Positions 1 to 8,261 of a stretch of 27,860 nucleotides of DNA are shown piece by piece; the first letter of the stretch is position 1; every line of letters begins with the position of its first letter. The position numbers and the translations under genes were made by a program. This DNA is from a virus (taxonomy: Duplodnaviria; Heunggongvirae; Uroviricota; Caudoviricetes), in the IMG/VR virus record IMGVR_UViG_2547132277_000001; one strand, given 5' to 3'. Below the pieces are notes generated by a model. That model worked only from the letters and a program-made list of their open reading frames with translations, was not told the DNA's origin and ran no database searches.

Positions 1-618
1 CTGGGCGGCGACGCGCATAGCGTTAATTGCTGTTGCCAGACCGCCGTCGGTGCCGTTTTTAAAACCAACCGGCATGGAAAGCCCGGAGGCCATTTCACGG
101 TGAGTTTGCGATTCCGTTGTACGAGCACCAATTGCTGACCAGCTAAACAGATCGCCCAGGTATTGCGGGCTATTCGGATCTAACGCTTCCGTCGCCAGTG
201 GCAGTCCCATATTCACCAGCTCAAGCAGCAATTTACGCGCGATCTGCAGCCCGGCTTCTACATCAAAAGAGCCATCCATATGGGGATCGTTAATTAACCC
301 TTTCCAGCCGACAGTGGTACGGGGTTTTTCAAAATAGACGCGCATTACCAGATAGAGGCTATCGCTGACCTCTGCGGCAAGGGCTTTAAATCGACGAGCA
401 TATTCCAGAGCAGTTTCCGGATCATGAATGGAACAAGGACCACATACTACCAGCAGACGAGGATCGCGCCCGGCGATAATATCTGAAATGCTTTTACGCG
501 AGTCAGCAATCTGGGCTTCTTGTTGCAGGCTCAATGGAAAAGCGGCCTTCAGTTGTTCCGGAGTCATTAAAACCTGTTCGTCGGTAATATGTACGTTATT
601 CAGCGCGTCTTTTTGCAT
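1..618 (-). CDS. aroF: DAHP synthase, tyrosine-sensitive (AroF), N-terminal portion; 3' end lies beyond the window start
   Basis: Minus-strand translation from the ATG at 618 reads MQKDALNNVHITDEQVLMTPEQLKAAFPLSLQQEAQIADSRKSISDIIAGRDPRLLVVCGPCSIHDPETALEYARRFKALAAEV..., which I recognise as E. coli AroF. The ORF runs to the window edge. Confidence 0.9.
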   Translation of the reverse strand, partial: MQKDALNNVHITDEQVLMTPEQLKAAFPLSLQQEAQIADSRKSISDIIAGRDPRLLVVCGPCSIHDPETALEYARRFKALAAEVSDSLYLVMRVYFEKPRTTVGWKGLINDPHMDGSFDVEAGLQIARKLLLELVNMGLPLATEALDPNSPQYLGDLFSWSAIGARTTESQTHREMASGLSMPVGFKNGTDGGLATAINAMRVAAQ

Positions 619-712
619 GATGGCGATCCTGTTTATGCTCGTTTGCGATAGTTGATCCTCAGCGAGGATGACGTAACGATAACACATAAAGTAAAGTTTT
701 CAATCCATATTT

Positions 713-782
713 CGTACATTTTTATTTACACAGGCAATTTAGTCGCGCTTTCAACCCTTACCTCTGTATAGATAAATTTACA
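713..782 (-). promoter_or_regulatory. aroF promoter region with two TyrR-box-like palindromes
   Basis: TGTAAATAAAAATGTACG (minus-strand reading of 713-730) and TGTATAGATAAATTTACA (765-782) both fit the TyrR box pattern TGTAAA-N6-TTTACA. They sit upstream of aroF, a TyrR-regulated gene by established knowledge. Confidence 0.5.
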
Positions 783-827
783 CTCCCTTTGAAAACAATC
801 CGCTATGCTTTGAAAAAGGAGAAAGAA

Positions 828-1205
828 ATGATGAAAAAGTTTATCGCCCCCTTGTTGGCTTTACTGGTTAGCGGATGTCAGATTGATCCTTATACTCACG
901 CGCCAACCTTGACCAGCACCGACTGGTATGATGTCGGTATGGAAGATGCGATATCGGGCAGCGCCATAAAAGATGACGATGCATTTAGCGATTCACAGGC
1001 GGATCGCGGTCTATACCTTAAAGGATATGCCGAAGGACAAAAGAAAACTTGCCAGACCGATTTTACTTATGCCCGAGGACTTTCCGGTAAAAGCTTTCCT
1101 GCCAGCTGCAACAATGTTGAAAATGCCAGCCAACTGCATGAAGTATGGCAAAAAGGGGCTGATGAAAATGCCAGCACAATACGGGTAATGACTCCAACTT
1201 ATTGA
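828..1205 (+). CDS. yfiL: lipoprotein YfiL; the last codons and stop are now supplied by the IS1 end
   Basis: AAGGAG RBS 6 nt upstream of ATG 828. [17 protein letters not shown] carries a lipobox. The reading frame crosses the IS1 boundary at 1184 and stops inside IS1 (...[10 protein letters not shown]). Confidence 0.75.
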   Translation: MMKKFIAPLLALLVSGCQIDPYTHAPTLTSTDWYDVGMEDAISGSAIKDDDAFSDSQADRGLYLKGYAEGQKKTCQTDFTYARGLSGKSFPASCNNVENASQLHEVWQKGADENASTIRVMTPTY

Positions 1206-1702
1206 TAGTGTTTTATGTTCAGATAATGCCCGATGACTTTGTCATGCAGCTCCACCGATTTTGAGAACGACAGCGACTTCCGTCCCAGCCGTGCCAGGTG
1301 CTGCCTCAGATTCAGGTTATGCCGCTCAATTCGCTGCGTATATCGCTTGCTGATTACGTGCAGCTTTCCCTTCAGGCGGGATTCATACAGCGGCCAGCCA
1401 TCCGTCATCCATATCACCACGTCAAAGGGTGACAGCAGGCTCATAAGACGCCCCAGCGTCGCCATAGTGCGTTCACCGAATACGTGCGCAACAACCGTCT
1501 TCCGGAGCCTGTCATACGCGTAAAACAGCCAGCGCTGGCGCGATTTAGCCCCGACGTATCCCCACTGTTCGTCCATTTCCGCGCAGACGATGACGTCACT
1601 GCCCGGCTGTATGCGCGAGGTTACCGACTGCGGCCTGAGTTTTTTAAATGGCGGAAAATCGTGTTGAGGCCAACGCCCATAATGCGGGCGGTTGCCCGGC
1701 AT
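1199..1702 (-). CDS. insB: IS1 InsB reading frame, expressed as an InsAB' fusion by -1 frameshift
   Basis: 167-aa [19 protein letters not shown]...[12 protein letters not shown], recognised as IS1 InsB. It overlaps insA in the -1 frame. Confidence 0.92.
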   Translation of the reverse strand: MPGNRPHYGRWPQHDFPPFKKLRPQSVTSRIQPGSDVIVCAEMDEQWGYVGAKSRQRWLFYAYDRLRKTVVAHVFGERTMATLGRLMSLLSPFDVVIWMTDGWPLYESRLKGKLHVISKRYTQRIERHNLNLRQHLARLGRKSLSFSKSVELHDKVIGHYLNIKHYQ

Positions 1703-1896
1703 CCAACGCCATTCATGGCCATATCAATGATTTTCTGGTGCGTACCGGGTTGAGAAGCGGTGTAAGTGAACTGCAGTTGCCATGTTTTACGGCAGTGAGA
1801 GCAGAGATAGCGCTGATGTCCGGCAGTGCTTTTGCCGTTACGCACCACCCCGTCAGTAGCTGAACAGGAGGGACAGCTGATAGAAACAGAAGCCAC
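1621..1896 (-). CDS. insA: IS1 InsA
   Basis: 91-aa [46 protein letters not shown]..., recognised as IS1 InsA (zinc-finger/HTH). Confidence 0.92.
   Translation of the reverse strand: MASVSISCPSCSATDGVVRNGKSTAGHQRYLCSHCRKTWQLQFTYTASQPGTHQKIIDMAMNGVGCRATARIMGVGLNTIFRHLKNSGRSR
1639..1647 (-). other. IS1 programmed -1 ribosomal frameshift motif (TTAAAAAAC on the coding strand)
   Basis: Plus strand GTTTTTTAA at 1639-1647 is TTAAAAAAC on the minus strand, inside the insA/insB overlap. This is the established A6C slippery site of IS1. Confidence 0.8.
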
Positions 1897-1952
1897 TGGA
1901 GCACCTCAAAAACACCATCATACACTAAATCAGTAAGTTGGCAGCATCACCT

Positions 1953-2054
1953 AATGACGTCAGATTTGCCGTAAACCTGGATGCCTTATCGCGTAGCGGT
2001 GTAAAGGTCAACCCGGATGTCTTAATGCTCGCACGGAAGAAAAATGATGGATAA
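1953..2054 (+). pseudogene. yfiR: 3' remnant of yfiR (periplasmic repressor of DgcN/YfiN), truncated by IS1
   Basis: An open frame starts immediately right of the IS1 end and reads [33 protein letters not shown]. Its stop (2052-2054) overlaps the dgcN start as expected for the yfiR-yfiN junction. No start codon or 5' part is present. Confidence 0.6.
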
Positions 2055-3270
2055 CGATAATTCTCTTAATAAGCGCCCCACGTTTAAAAGAGCATTACGC
2101 AACATCAGTATGACCAGCATATTTATCACTATGATGCTGATCTGGTTGCTGCTTTCCGTGACCTCGGTGCTGACCCTGAAACAGTACGCGCAAAAAAACC
2201 TGGCACTGACAGCAGCAACAATGACTTACAGTCTGGAAGCAGCTGTCGTTTTTGCCGATGGCCCTGCAGCAACTGAAACACTGGCAGCGCTGGGCCAGCA
2301 AGGGCAATTTTCAACTGCAGAAGTACGTGATAAGCAGCAAAATATTCTGGCATCCTGGCATTACACCCGTAAGGATCCAGGCGATACTTTCAGTAATTTC
2401 ATAAGCCACTGGCTCTTCCCTGCCCCCATCATTCAGCCGATTCGTCACAATGGTGAAACCATTGGCGAAGTACGCTTAACCGCTCGCGACAGTTCAATCA
2501 GCCATTTTATCTGGTTTTCGCTCGCCGTACTGACCGGTTGTATTCTGCTGGCATCAGGCATCGCAATTACCCTCACCCGCCATTTGCACAATGGCCTGGT
2601 AGAAGCGCTGAAAAATATCACCGATGTCGTACATGATGTGCGTTCCAACCGCAATTTTTCCCGACGAGTTTCGGAAGAACGTATCGCTGAGTTTCACCGC
2701 TTCGCTCTCGACTTCAACAGTCTGCTGGATGAAATGGAAGAGTGGCAGCTTCGTTTACAGGCTAAAAATGCGCAGCTTCTACGTACCGCGCTACATGACC
2801 CATTAACCGGGCTGGCTAACCGCGCAGCGTTTCGTAGCGGCATCAACACGTTGATGAACAATTCCGATGCCCGAAAAACGTCGGCGTTACTATTTCTTGA
2901 TGGCGATAATTTCAAATACATCAATGATACCTGGGGTCATGCGACGGGCGATAGAGTCTTGATTGAAATCGCAAAACGGTTAGCTGAATTTGGCGGGCTG
3001 CGACATAAAGCATACCGCCTGGGCGGCGATGAATTCGCTATGGTGCTCTATGATGTACAGTCGGAATCTGAAGTGCAGCAGATATGTTCAGCACTGACAC
3101 AAATCTTTAATCTCCCGTTTGATCTTCATAATGGCCATCAGACCACCATGACATTAAGCATTGGTTACGCGATGACCATTGAGCACGCCTCTGCGGAAAA
3201 ATTACAAGAGCTTGCCGATCACAATATGTATCAGGCCAAACACCAGCGTGCCGAAAAGCTGGTGAGATAA
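2044..3270 (+). CDS. dgcN: diguanylate cyclase DgcN (YfiN): TM/periplasmic sensor, HAMP and GGDEF domains
   Basis: 408-aa [35 protein letters not shown]... with a C-terminal GGDEF signature ([11 protein letters not shown]), recognised as E. coli YfiN. Confidence 0.92.
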
Positions 3271-3285
3271 CAAGGATATATCGAT

Positions 3286-3768
3286 ATGATAAAGCACCTG
3301 GTAGCACCCCTGGTTTTCACCTCACTAATACTGACTGGCTGCCAGTCCCCTCAGGGAAAGTTTACTCCTGAGCAAGTCGCCGCTATGCAATCTTATGGAT
3401 TTACTGAATCCGCCGGCGACTGGTCGCTGGGCTTATCAGATGCCATTCTGTTCGCAAAAAATGACTACAAATTGCTCCCGGAAAGCCAGCAACAGATCCA
3501 AACCATGGCAGCTAAATTGGCCTCGACAGGGCTAACACATGCCCGTATGGATGGACACACCGATAACTATGGTGAAGACAGTTACAACGAAGGCTTATCA
3601 TTGAAACGGGCGAATGTCGTGGCCGATGCATGGGCTATGGGTGGACAAATTCCACGCAGCAATCTCACCACACAGGGTTTAGGAAAAAAATATCCCATAG
3701 CCAGTAACAAGACCGCCCAGGGCCGCGCCGAGAACCGCCGCGTCGCAGTGGTGATTACTACCCCTTAA
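3286..3768 (+). CDS. yfiB: OmpA-family outer-membrane lipoprotein YfiB
   Basis: 160-aa ORF with lipobox (LILTGCQ) and an OmpA-like C-terminal motif (NRRVAVVITTP). RBS AAGGA upstream of ATG 3286. Confidence 0.9.
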   Translation: MIKHLVAPLVFTSLILTGCQSPQGKFTPEQVAAMQSYGFTESAGDWSLGLSDAILFAKNDYKLLPESQQQIQTMAAKLASTGLTHARMDGHTDNYGEDSYNEGLSLKRANVVADAWAMGGQIPRSNLTTQGLGKKYPIASNKTAQGRAENRRVAVVITTP

Positions 3769-3782
3769 AACACCAGCAAACA

Positions 3783-3818
3783 GATAAAAAAGGGCCAGCC
3801 AATTGGCCAGCCCTTCTT
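3783..3818. terminator. stem-loop terminator downstream of yfiB
   Basis: AAAAAGGGCCAGCCAATTGGCCAGCCCTTCTT: GC-rich dyad flanked by an A-run and a T-rich stretch. Confidence 0.5.
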
Positions 3819-3939
3819 AACAGGATGTCGCTTAAGCGAAATCTTAGTTAAGACGCTCCTATTAACACCCCACAGCGAACAAACACTTACCATATAAAAC
3901 AACTAGTTAAAGTAATTTTTAATGCAGTGAATTGCAGTG

Positions 3940-4989
3940 TTATGCAACCTCTGCCGCCACATTGTCGCCAACATACAGCGATAACGGATTGAGGGTTACA
4001 GCTTGTTCAAGGTGGTCAGGAGCAAAGTGCGCATACTTCATTGTTTCTCGAATATTGGCATGTCCGAGAATTTTCTGCAGCACCAGTATATTCCCTCCGT
4101 TCATCATAAAATGCGCACCAAAAGTATGACGCAAAACGTGCGTCTTCTGCCCTTCCGTCAATTCAATATTCGTTAGTTTGAGCATCTTTTTAAACTCCTG
4201 ATAGCAGGGTTTAAACATTCTGCCTTGACGTACGGACAACTCGTCGTACAGCCATTTAGGAATGGGAACTGTGCGATTCTTCTTACCTTTGGTTTTGGAG
4301 AACGTTAGTTTATATGGAGAAAGTTGAGGTCGGGTCAATCTCTCCGCTTCCCCCCATCGAGCGCCGGTTGCAAGGCACACCTTAACAATCATGGTGAGGT
4401 CTTCTTTGCCGTATTGCTCGCAGGCTCGAAACAGCTCCGGGAGCTGAGACAAAGTTAGCCAGGACATTTCTTTCTCAGCTTCTTTGAATACTCGGATCCC
4501 ATCAAGTGGATTGGGTAGGCTCCACTCCCCTAACCGGCGGAGCTCATTAAACACTGCTTCTAGGTATTGTTGTTCGCGATTGACGGTTATAGGTTTGGCG
4601 ATCCATTTCGAGGGGTCTTTATGATAACCATTGTCTATTTCACCACGTAATCGACGGTCACGATAATGAGCCCAGTCTTTCGCGGTAAGGCGAGATGCAA
4701 TCGGGTCGCCAAGTCCATTACATACGATTTGAAGCTTTGCAAACCTCGACTTACTGGCGACTAACGCTTGACCGTGCAAATTGTGCCAAAGCTGAATAAT
4801 CTCGCTTAAGCGTCGGCGGTCTTCTTTCTTGCCGAGCCACGGCTTATCTTCACTCTCGCTTTTGGTAAATGCTTCAAATGCCTCGGCCTCACCTTTGGTA
4901 TTGAATTGCCGACGTATACGCCGCCCTTCTCGACCATTTGGATAGAGTTCACACAACCATTTTCCACTTTTTTGTTTACTTACAGTCAT
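3940..4989 (-). CDS. int: P2-family tyrosine integrase
   Basis: 349-aa ORF. N-terminal RIRRQFNTKGEAEAFEAF and C-terminal GARWGEAERL ... HVLRHTFGAHFMMNGGNILVLQKILGHANIRETMKYAHFAPDHLEQAVTLNPL match the P2 Int pattern, including the catalytic R..H-x-x-R..Y region. Confidence 0.9.
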   Translation of the reverse strand: MTVSKQKSGKWLCELYPNGREGRRIRRQFNTKGEAEAFEAFTKSESEDKPWLGKKEDRRRLSEIIQLWHNLHGQALVASKSRFAKLQIVCNGLGDPIASRLTAKDWAHYRDRRLRGEIDNGYHKDPSKWIAKPITVNREQQYLEAVFNELRRLGEWSLPNPLDGIRVFKEAEKEMSWLTLSQLPELFRACEQYGKEDLTMIVKVCLATGARWGEAERLTRPQLSPYKLTFSKTKGKKNRTVPIPKWLYDELSVRQGRMFKPCYQEFKKMLKLTNIELTEGQKTHVLRHTFGAHFMMNGGNILVLQKILGHANIRETMKYAHFAPDHLEQAVTLNPLSLYVGDNVAAEVA

Positions 4990-5013
4990 TGCGATACCGA
5001 GGCTAAAAGAAAA

Positions 5014-5352
5014 TTAATTACAAAGGGCTGTAGCGGCATCAATCACCGGTGAAATTGAAATTTTAACGCCGTCATACTCAGGGTCATCCTTCCATACGTC
5101 ATCTAAGTTAGACCCCTCCAGCTTTCCTGATTTAACAGCATCTACCGCCATGCCATTCAGAGGATATCTATCATCAGTTTTGATGTCATACACAAAAGCA
5201 TAAGCACGGTTAACACATGATACCTTTGCCTTTTCAAAGGTTAGAGGCCACTTGTCACCATATGCAGCGCCGTCTATCTCTTTAAACTTCTCAGCGGCTA
5301 TGGCTGAGGAAGAAAGTGCAATGCAGACTATCGCAAATATAAACTTTTTCAT
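5014..5352 (-). CDS. small secreted protein with cleavable signal peptide (moron between int and repressor); family uncertain
   Basis: AGGAG RBS. MKKFIFAIVCIALSSSAIA|AEK looks like a Sec signal peptide with an AXA cleavage site. Two Cys in the mature part. GC content is visibly lower than the flanking prophage genes. Confidence 0.6.
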   Translation of the reverse strand: MKKFIFAIVCIALSSSAIAAEKFKEIDGAAYGDKWPLTFEKAKVSCVNRAYAFVYDIKTDDRYPLNGMAVDAVKSGKLEGSNLDDVWKDDPEYDGVKISISPVIDAATALCN

Positions 5353-5361
5353 TACTGCTCC

Positions 5362-6207
5362 TTAAACATGCTTTTCCAAAGTAAAAATAACCGCACCTGA
5401 TGGTGTGATATCTGAAATATTACATTCAAACTCAGCAGACTTATTTGATAACCTGACCTTTCCGCCTGGCAACCTGATTACGTCAAAAACATCGAGTGCA
5501 CCATCAATACCAATAAGCCAGCGACCATTTCCTATCTTCGAGTTAGAACTATCAACAAGCCAAGATGTGCTCACACCATCAATAAACACTAAATCATCAG
5601 TATTTGATGGAACCATAGATATATCAGGAGTCCAGCGTCCGATATCTTTGAGTTCGCCCGCCTCGAGGCGGCACTTTCTAATCGTTAAAGCATTTGCCGG
5701 TTCACCATCATTACTGTTACGCATCTGGCCTTTTCCGGTTGATAACCATTCTAACGATACGCCAGTATCAAGGGCGCAAGTGACAACCACGTCACCGGGG
5801 AAAAAATCGCGTCTAACCCAAGTGCTTATAGTGCCGGAAGATATACCTAATAAATCTCCAAGCTCTTTTTGCAGAGTAAAACCATACGCATCGAGAATCC
5901 GACGCAGAACCGCCCTCCCTCCATTTGCCATGATTTCATCATAGAGTTGCTTACCTTTAAGCTTAGTTTTCACCACTTCAAATCTTGCATTTGCAAGCTC
6001 ACCATTAATTAGCCATCGCAGGTCAGCTCCAGTATCAAGAGCACACTCAACGAAAACGTTGCTAGGGATTACGTTTCTAGCAAGCCAGCTACTCACGTTG
6101 TTTGCATGTATGCCAAGCCTTTCGGCTAGTTCCTTTTGCTGCTTAAAGCCGTATGCAGAAAGGACACGTTCCAATGCGGCAGACGCATTAACATCATTTT
6201 TAGACAT
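5362..6207 (-). CDS. cI: CI-type prophage repressor with two tandem HTH DNA-binding domains and a C-terminal domain
   Basis: Start taken at ATG 6207 (MSKNDVNAS...). Two homologous repeats (ERVLSAYGFKQQKELAERLGI...VECALDTGADLRWL and RRILDAYGFTLQKELGDLLGI...VTCALDTGVSLEWL) are followed by a ~110-aa C-terminal domain. Position between int and the divergent early operon is as expected for a repressor. The ORF track extends the frame to 6396 but the first ATG with the conserved N-terminus is at 6207. Confidence 0.7.
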   Translation of the reverse strand: MSKNDVNASAALERVLSAYGFKQQKELAERLGIHANNVSSWLARNVIPSNVFVECALDTGADLRWLINGELANARFEVVKTKLKGKQLYDEIMANGGRAVLRRILDAYGFTLQKELGDLLGISSGTISTWVRRDFFPGDVVVTCALDTGVSLEWLSTGKGQMRNSNDGEPANALTIRKCRLEAGELKDIGRWTPDISMVPSNTDDLVFIDGVSTSWLVDSSNSKIGNGRWLIGIDGALDVFDVIRLPGGKVRLSNKSAEFECNISDITPSGAVIFTLEKHV

Positions 6208-6320
6208 ATGACACCAACAAGAATTTTGTTTACAACCAAAATTTAGCGATCTATATTGGTGCTCATCGACCAAGATGCACACCACTGCACTACATTTCAA
6301 ACAACAGGAGATAATGCGAT
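6208..6320. promoter_or_regulatory. lysis/lysogeny switch region between cI and the early lytic operon
   Basis: 113-bp non-coding gap between the divergently oriented repressor and the Apl-like gene. Promoters and operators are expected here by analogy with P2/186. No operator was defined. Confidence 0.4.
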
Positions 6321-6692
6321 ATGTCAGATGCAAAATCAATCTCGACGCACGACTCGCAAAACTCACAAAATCAAACTGTGCTGCTAGATCCAACACAGTT
6401 TGATGCCATCGTTACCGCCATGCTGCCAGCTCTACAGACAATGATTCGCTCCGCTATGTCAGACACGATGACTGTGAAAGACTTCGCCGCTACTCGCGGT
6501 GTTAGCGAGCGTCTGGTCTGGCAATGGCTCGATGAGGGAGTCCTTCTCAAAGCTCCGACCAAAGACTTTTCCAACAAAGAGGAAGCTGCTAAACGAAGCC
6601 GAACCCTCGTAAATGTAAAAGCATGGCGCGATAAGCTGACTCAACAAGCGATTGATTGTCGCTACATCGACCAGCGCACCGCTCTCAACTGA
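6321..6692 (+). CDS. Apl/Cox-like excisionase-type HTH regulator, first gene of the early rightward operon
   Basis: AGGAG RBS ~10 nt upstream. The C-terminal half has an AlpA/excisionase-like HTH (MTVKDFAATRGVSERLVWQWLDEG). Confidence 0.55.
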   Translation: MSDAKSISTHDSQNSQNQTVLLDPTQFDAIVTAMLPALQTMIRSAMSDTMTVKDFAATRGVSERLVWQWLDEGVLLKAPTKDFSNKEEAAKRSRTLVNVKAWRDKLTQQAIDCRYIDQRTALN

Positions 6693-6724
6693 ATTTGATT
6701 ATGCAAGTTAGAGGGAATTTAACC

Positions 6725-7234
6725 ATGTTTGATTTTCAGGTTTCCAAACATCCCCACTATGACGAAGCATGCCGCATTTTCGCACAGCGTCACAACATGG
6801 CGAAGCTGGCCGAGCGTGCAGGTATGAACGTTCAAACGTTACGTAACAAGCTCAACCCGGAACAGCCTCACCAGTTCACGCCGCCTGAATTGTGGCTGCT
6901 GACTGACCTGACCGAAGACTCAACCCTCATTGATGGTTTTTTAGCGCAGATTCACTGCCTACCATGCGTGCCGGTTAATGAGTTGGCTAAAGACAAATTG
7001 CAGTCTTATGTCATGCGCGCAATGCGTGAACTCGGCGAACTGGCGAGCGGCGCGGTATCTGATGAACGTCTGACCATTGCCCGTAAGCACAACATGATTG
7101 AAAGCGTTAACTCCGGCATTCGCATGTTGTCATTGTCGGCTCTGGCGCTGCATGCACGTCTGCAGACTAATCCAGCTATGTCGAGCGTGGTCGATACCAT
7201 GAGCGGTATTGGCGCATCGTTTGGTCTGATTTGA
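6725..7234 (+). CDS. cII: phage CII-like regulatory protein (186 CII family)
   Basis: GAGGGA RBS then ATG 6725, giving 169 aa (MFDFQVSKHPHYDEACRIFAQRHNMAKLAERAGMNVQTLRNKLNPEQP...). HTH near the N-terminus. Position after the apl-like gene matches 186 early-region order. Confidence 0.8.
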   Translation: MFDFQVSKHPHYDEACRIFAQRHNMAKLAERAGMNVQTLRNKLNPEQPHQFTPPELWLLTDLTEDSTLIDGFLAQIHCLPCVPVNELAKDKLQSYVMRAMRELGELASGAVSDERLTIARKHNMIESVNSGIRMLSLSALALHARLQTNPAMSSVVDTMSGIGASFGLI

Positions 7235-7241
7235 GGTGCGT

Positions 7242-7442
7242 ATGCTGAAAAGTGAACCGTCATTCGCATCTCTGCTCGTTAAGCAAAGCCCCGGCATGCA
7301 CTACGGCCACGGCTGGATCGCAGGTAAGGACGGCAAGCGCTGGCACCCGAGCCACTCGCAGGCTGATTTACTGGCTGGCCTCTCTACTCAAAAGCGGGGG
7401 GGATCATGGCTATCGAAGCTGTTTCCGCGACTGTTCCGCTAA
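7242..7442 (+). CDS. hypothetical early protein
   Basis: GAGGTG RBS before ATG 7242. 66-aa ORF in the early operon. No recognisable motif. Confidence 0.4.
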   Translation: MLKSEPSFASLLVKQSPGMHYGHGWIAGKDGKRWHPSHSQADLLAGLSTQKRGGSWLSKLFPRLFR

Positions 7443-7744
7443 AAGCGGGTGAACGTCTGGCCGGTCTCAATCATGTTGCCGAATTGCGCGCGAGATATTG
7501 GGGCGATAGCTGGAAAGAGGTTGAACGTTTTGTCGATGATATGCGCGATAAACGTGACCCACAATTTGAAGAAAATAATCGGGCGCTGGCCGCTATTTTC
7601 TTTCTGGCAAAAATACCGGCGGCTCGTCATGAACTCGAATTAAGTGAGCTGACTACTGACGAGAAAAAGGCGCTTATTACAGCGATGAATCATTTTCGTG
7701 CAGTAGTGAGCTTATTTCCCAAACGGCTAACCATGCCGAATTAA
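7406..7744 (+). CDS. hypothetical early protein
   Basis: 112-aa ORF. ATG 7406 is preceded by a 7-G run (7396-7402) acting as RBS. Overlaps the previous ORF by 37 nt in another frame. Confidence 0.5.
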   Translation: MAIEAVSATVPLKAGERLAGLNHVAELRARYWGDSWKEVERFVDDMRDKRDPQFEENNRALAAIFFLAKIPAARHELELSELTTDEKKALITAMNHFRAVVSLFPKRLTMPN

Positions 7745-7811
7745 TCTAAACAGAAATTTAATGGCGTAAACCCGCCGGGCATCTTATTGCCCGAAATCAG
7801 GAGAGTTAATT

Positions 7812-8039
7812 ATGCGTAATACCGAAATCTGTAGTTTTAACACTGATAGCAATGCGCTGGCCGTATTGCTGACCGATGCAAAAAAAGAAGAGCGTAAAGA
7901 CCGCGCGCTCGCTGTTTCCATCCGCCTTGAGGCGCTGGCTATCCATATTACCAGAGAGGGTATGAGCGGCACCGAAGCTGCCGAACTGCTGCGCCGTGAA
8001 GCAACCCGCTTTGAGAATGAATCACAGGAGCTGCACTAA
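7812..8039 (+). CDS. hypothetical early protein
   Basis: AGGAGAG RBS. 75-aa ORF. Its stop overlaps the next start (TAATG). Confidence 0.55.
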   Translation: MRNTEICSFNTDSNALAVLLTDAKKEERKDRALAVSIRLEALAIHITREGMSGTEAAELLRREATRFENESQELH

Positions 8040-8260
8040 TGGCCGACGCAATGGATTTAGCACAACTGCGCGAGCAGGAAGACCGCGAACGCCACATCAG
8101 CAACGCACGCACCCGTATCGCTGCACCTTCCCGTTTTCTTTGCGAGGAATGTGACACACCAATCCCGGAAGCTCGCCGCATTGCGATTCCGGGCGTGGCT
8201 TTTTGCGTAACCTGCCAGCAAATAGCAGAGCTAAAAAACAAACACTATCGGGGGGTATAA
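8039..8260 (+). CDS. TraR/DksA-family C4 zinc-finger protein
   Basis: CEECDTPIPEARRIAIPGVAFCVTCQ matches the TraR/DksA C4 zinc-finger pattern (CxxC...CxxC). Confidence 0.85.
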   Translation: MADAMDLAQLREQEDRERHISNARTRIAAPSRFLCEECDTPIPEARRIAIPGVAFCVTCQQIAELKNKHYRGV

Positions 8261-8261
8261 A

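Larger units (their letters stand above)
1184..1951 (-). mobile_element. IS1 insertion sequence, 768 bp, complete, with terminal inverted repeats
   Basis: Ends GGTAATGACTCCAACTTATTGAT (1184-1206) and ATCAGTAAGTTGGCAGCATCACC (1929-1951) match the IS1 terminal IRs. InsA and InsB ORFs lie inside. The 9 bp flanking each end (CACAATACG and TAATGACGT) do not match, so there is no target-site duplication. Confidence 0.95.

Noticed and set aside
428-655. 75-aa plus-strand ORF
   Set aside because: Lies entirely antisense within the well-supported aroF coding sequence; no RBS and no recognisable motif. Treated as a spurious frame.
2095-2353. Two minus-strand ORFs (70 and 74 aa) inside dgcN
   Set aside because: Antisense to a confidently identified gene; no independent signals.
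5362-6396. 344-aa long form of the repressor ORF reaching into the apl start
   Set aside because: The first 62 codons cross the divergent switch region, have non-protein-like composition (Cys/His rich) and overlap the apl start. The ATG at 6207 gives the conserved repressor N-terminus.
7236-7452. Alternative small ORFs (7236 GTG start; 7252-7452) overlapping the early-operon genes
   Set aside because: Multiple overlapping frames in the same 200 bp. Only the frames with an RBS-preceded ATG (7242 and 7406) were kept, and even those are low confidence.
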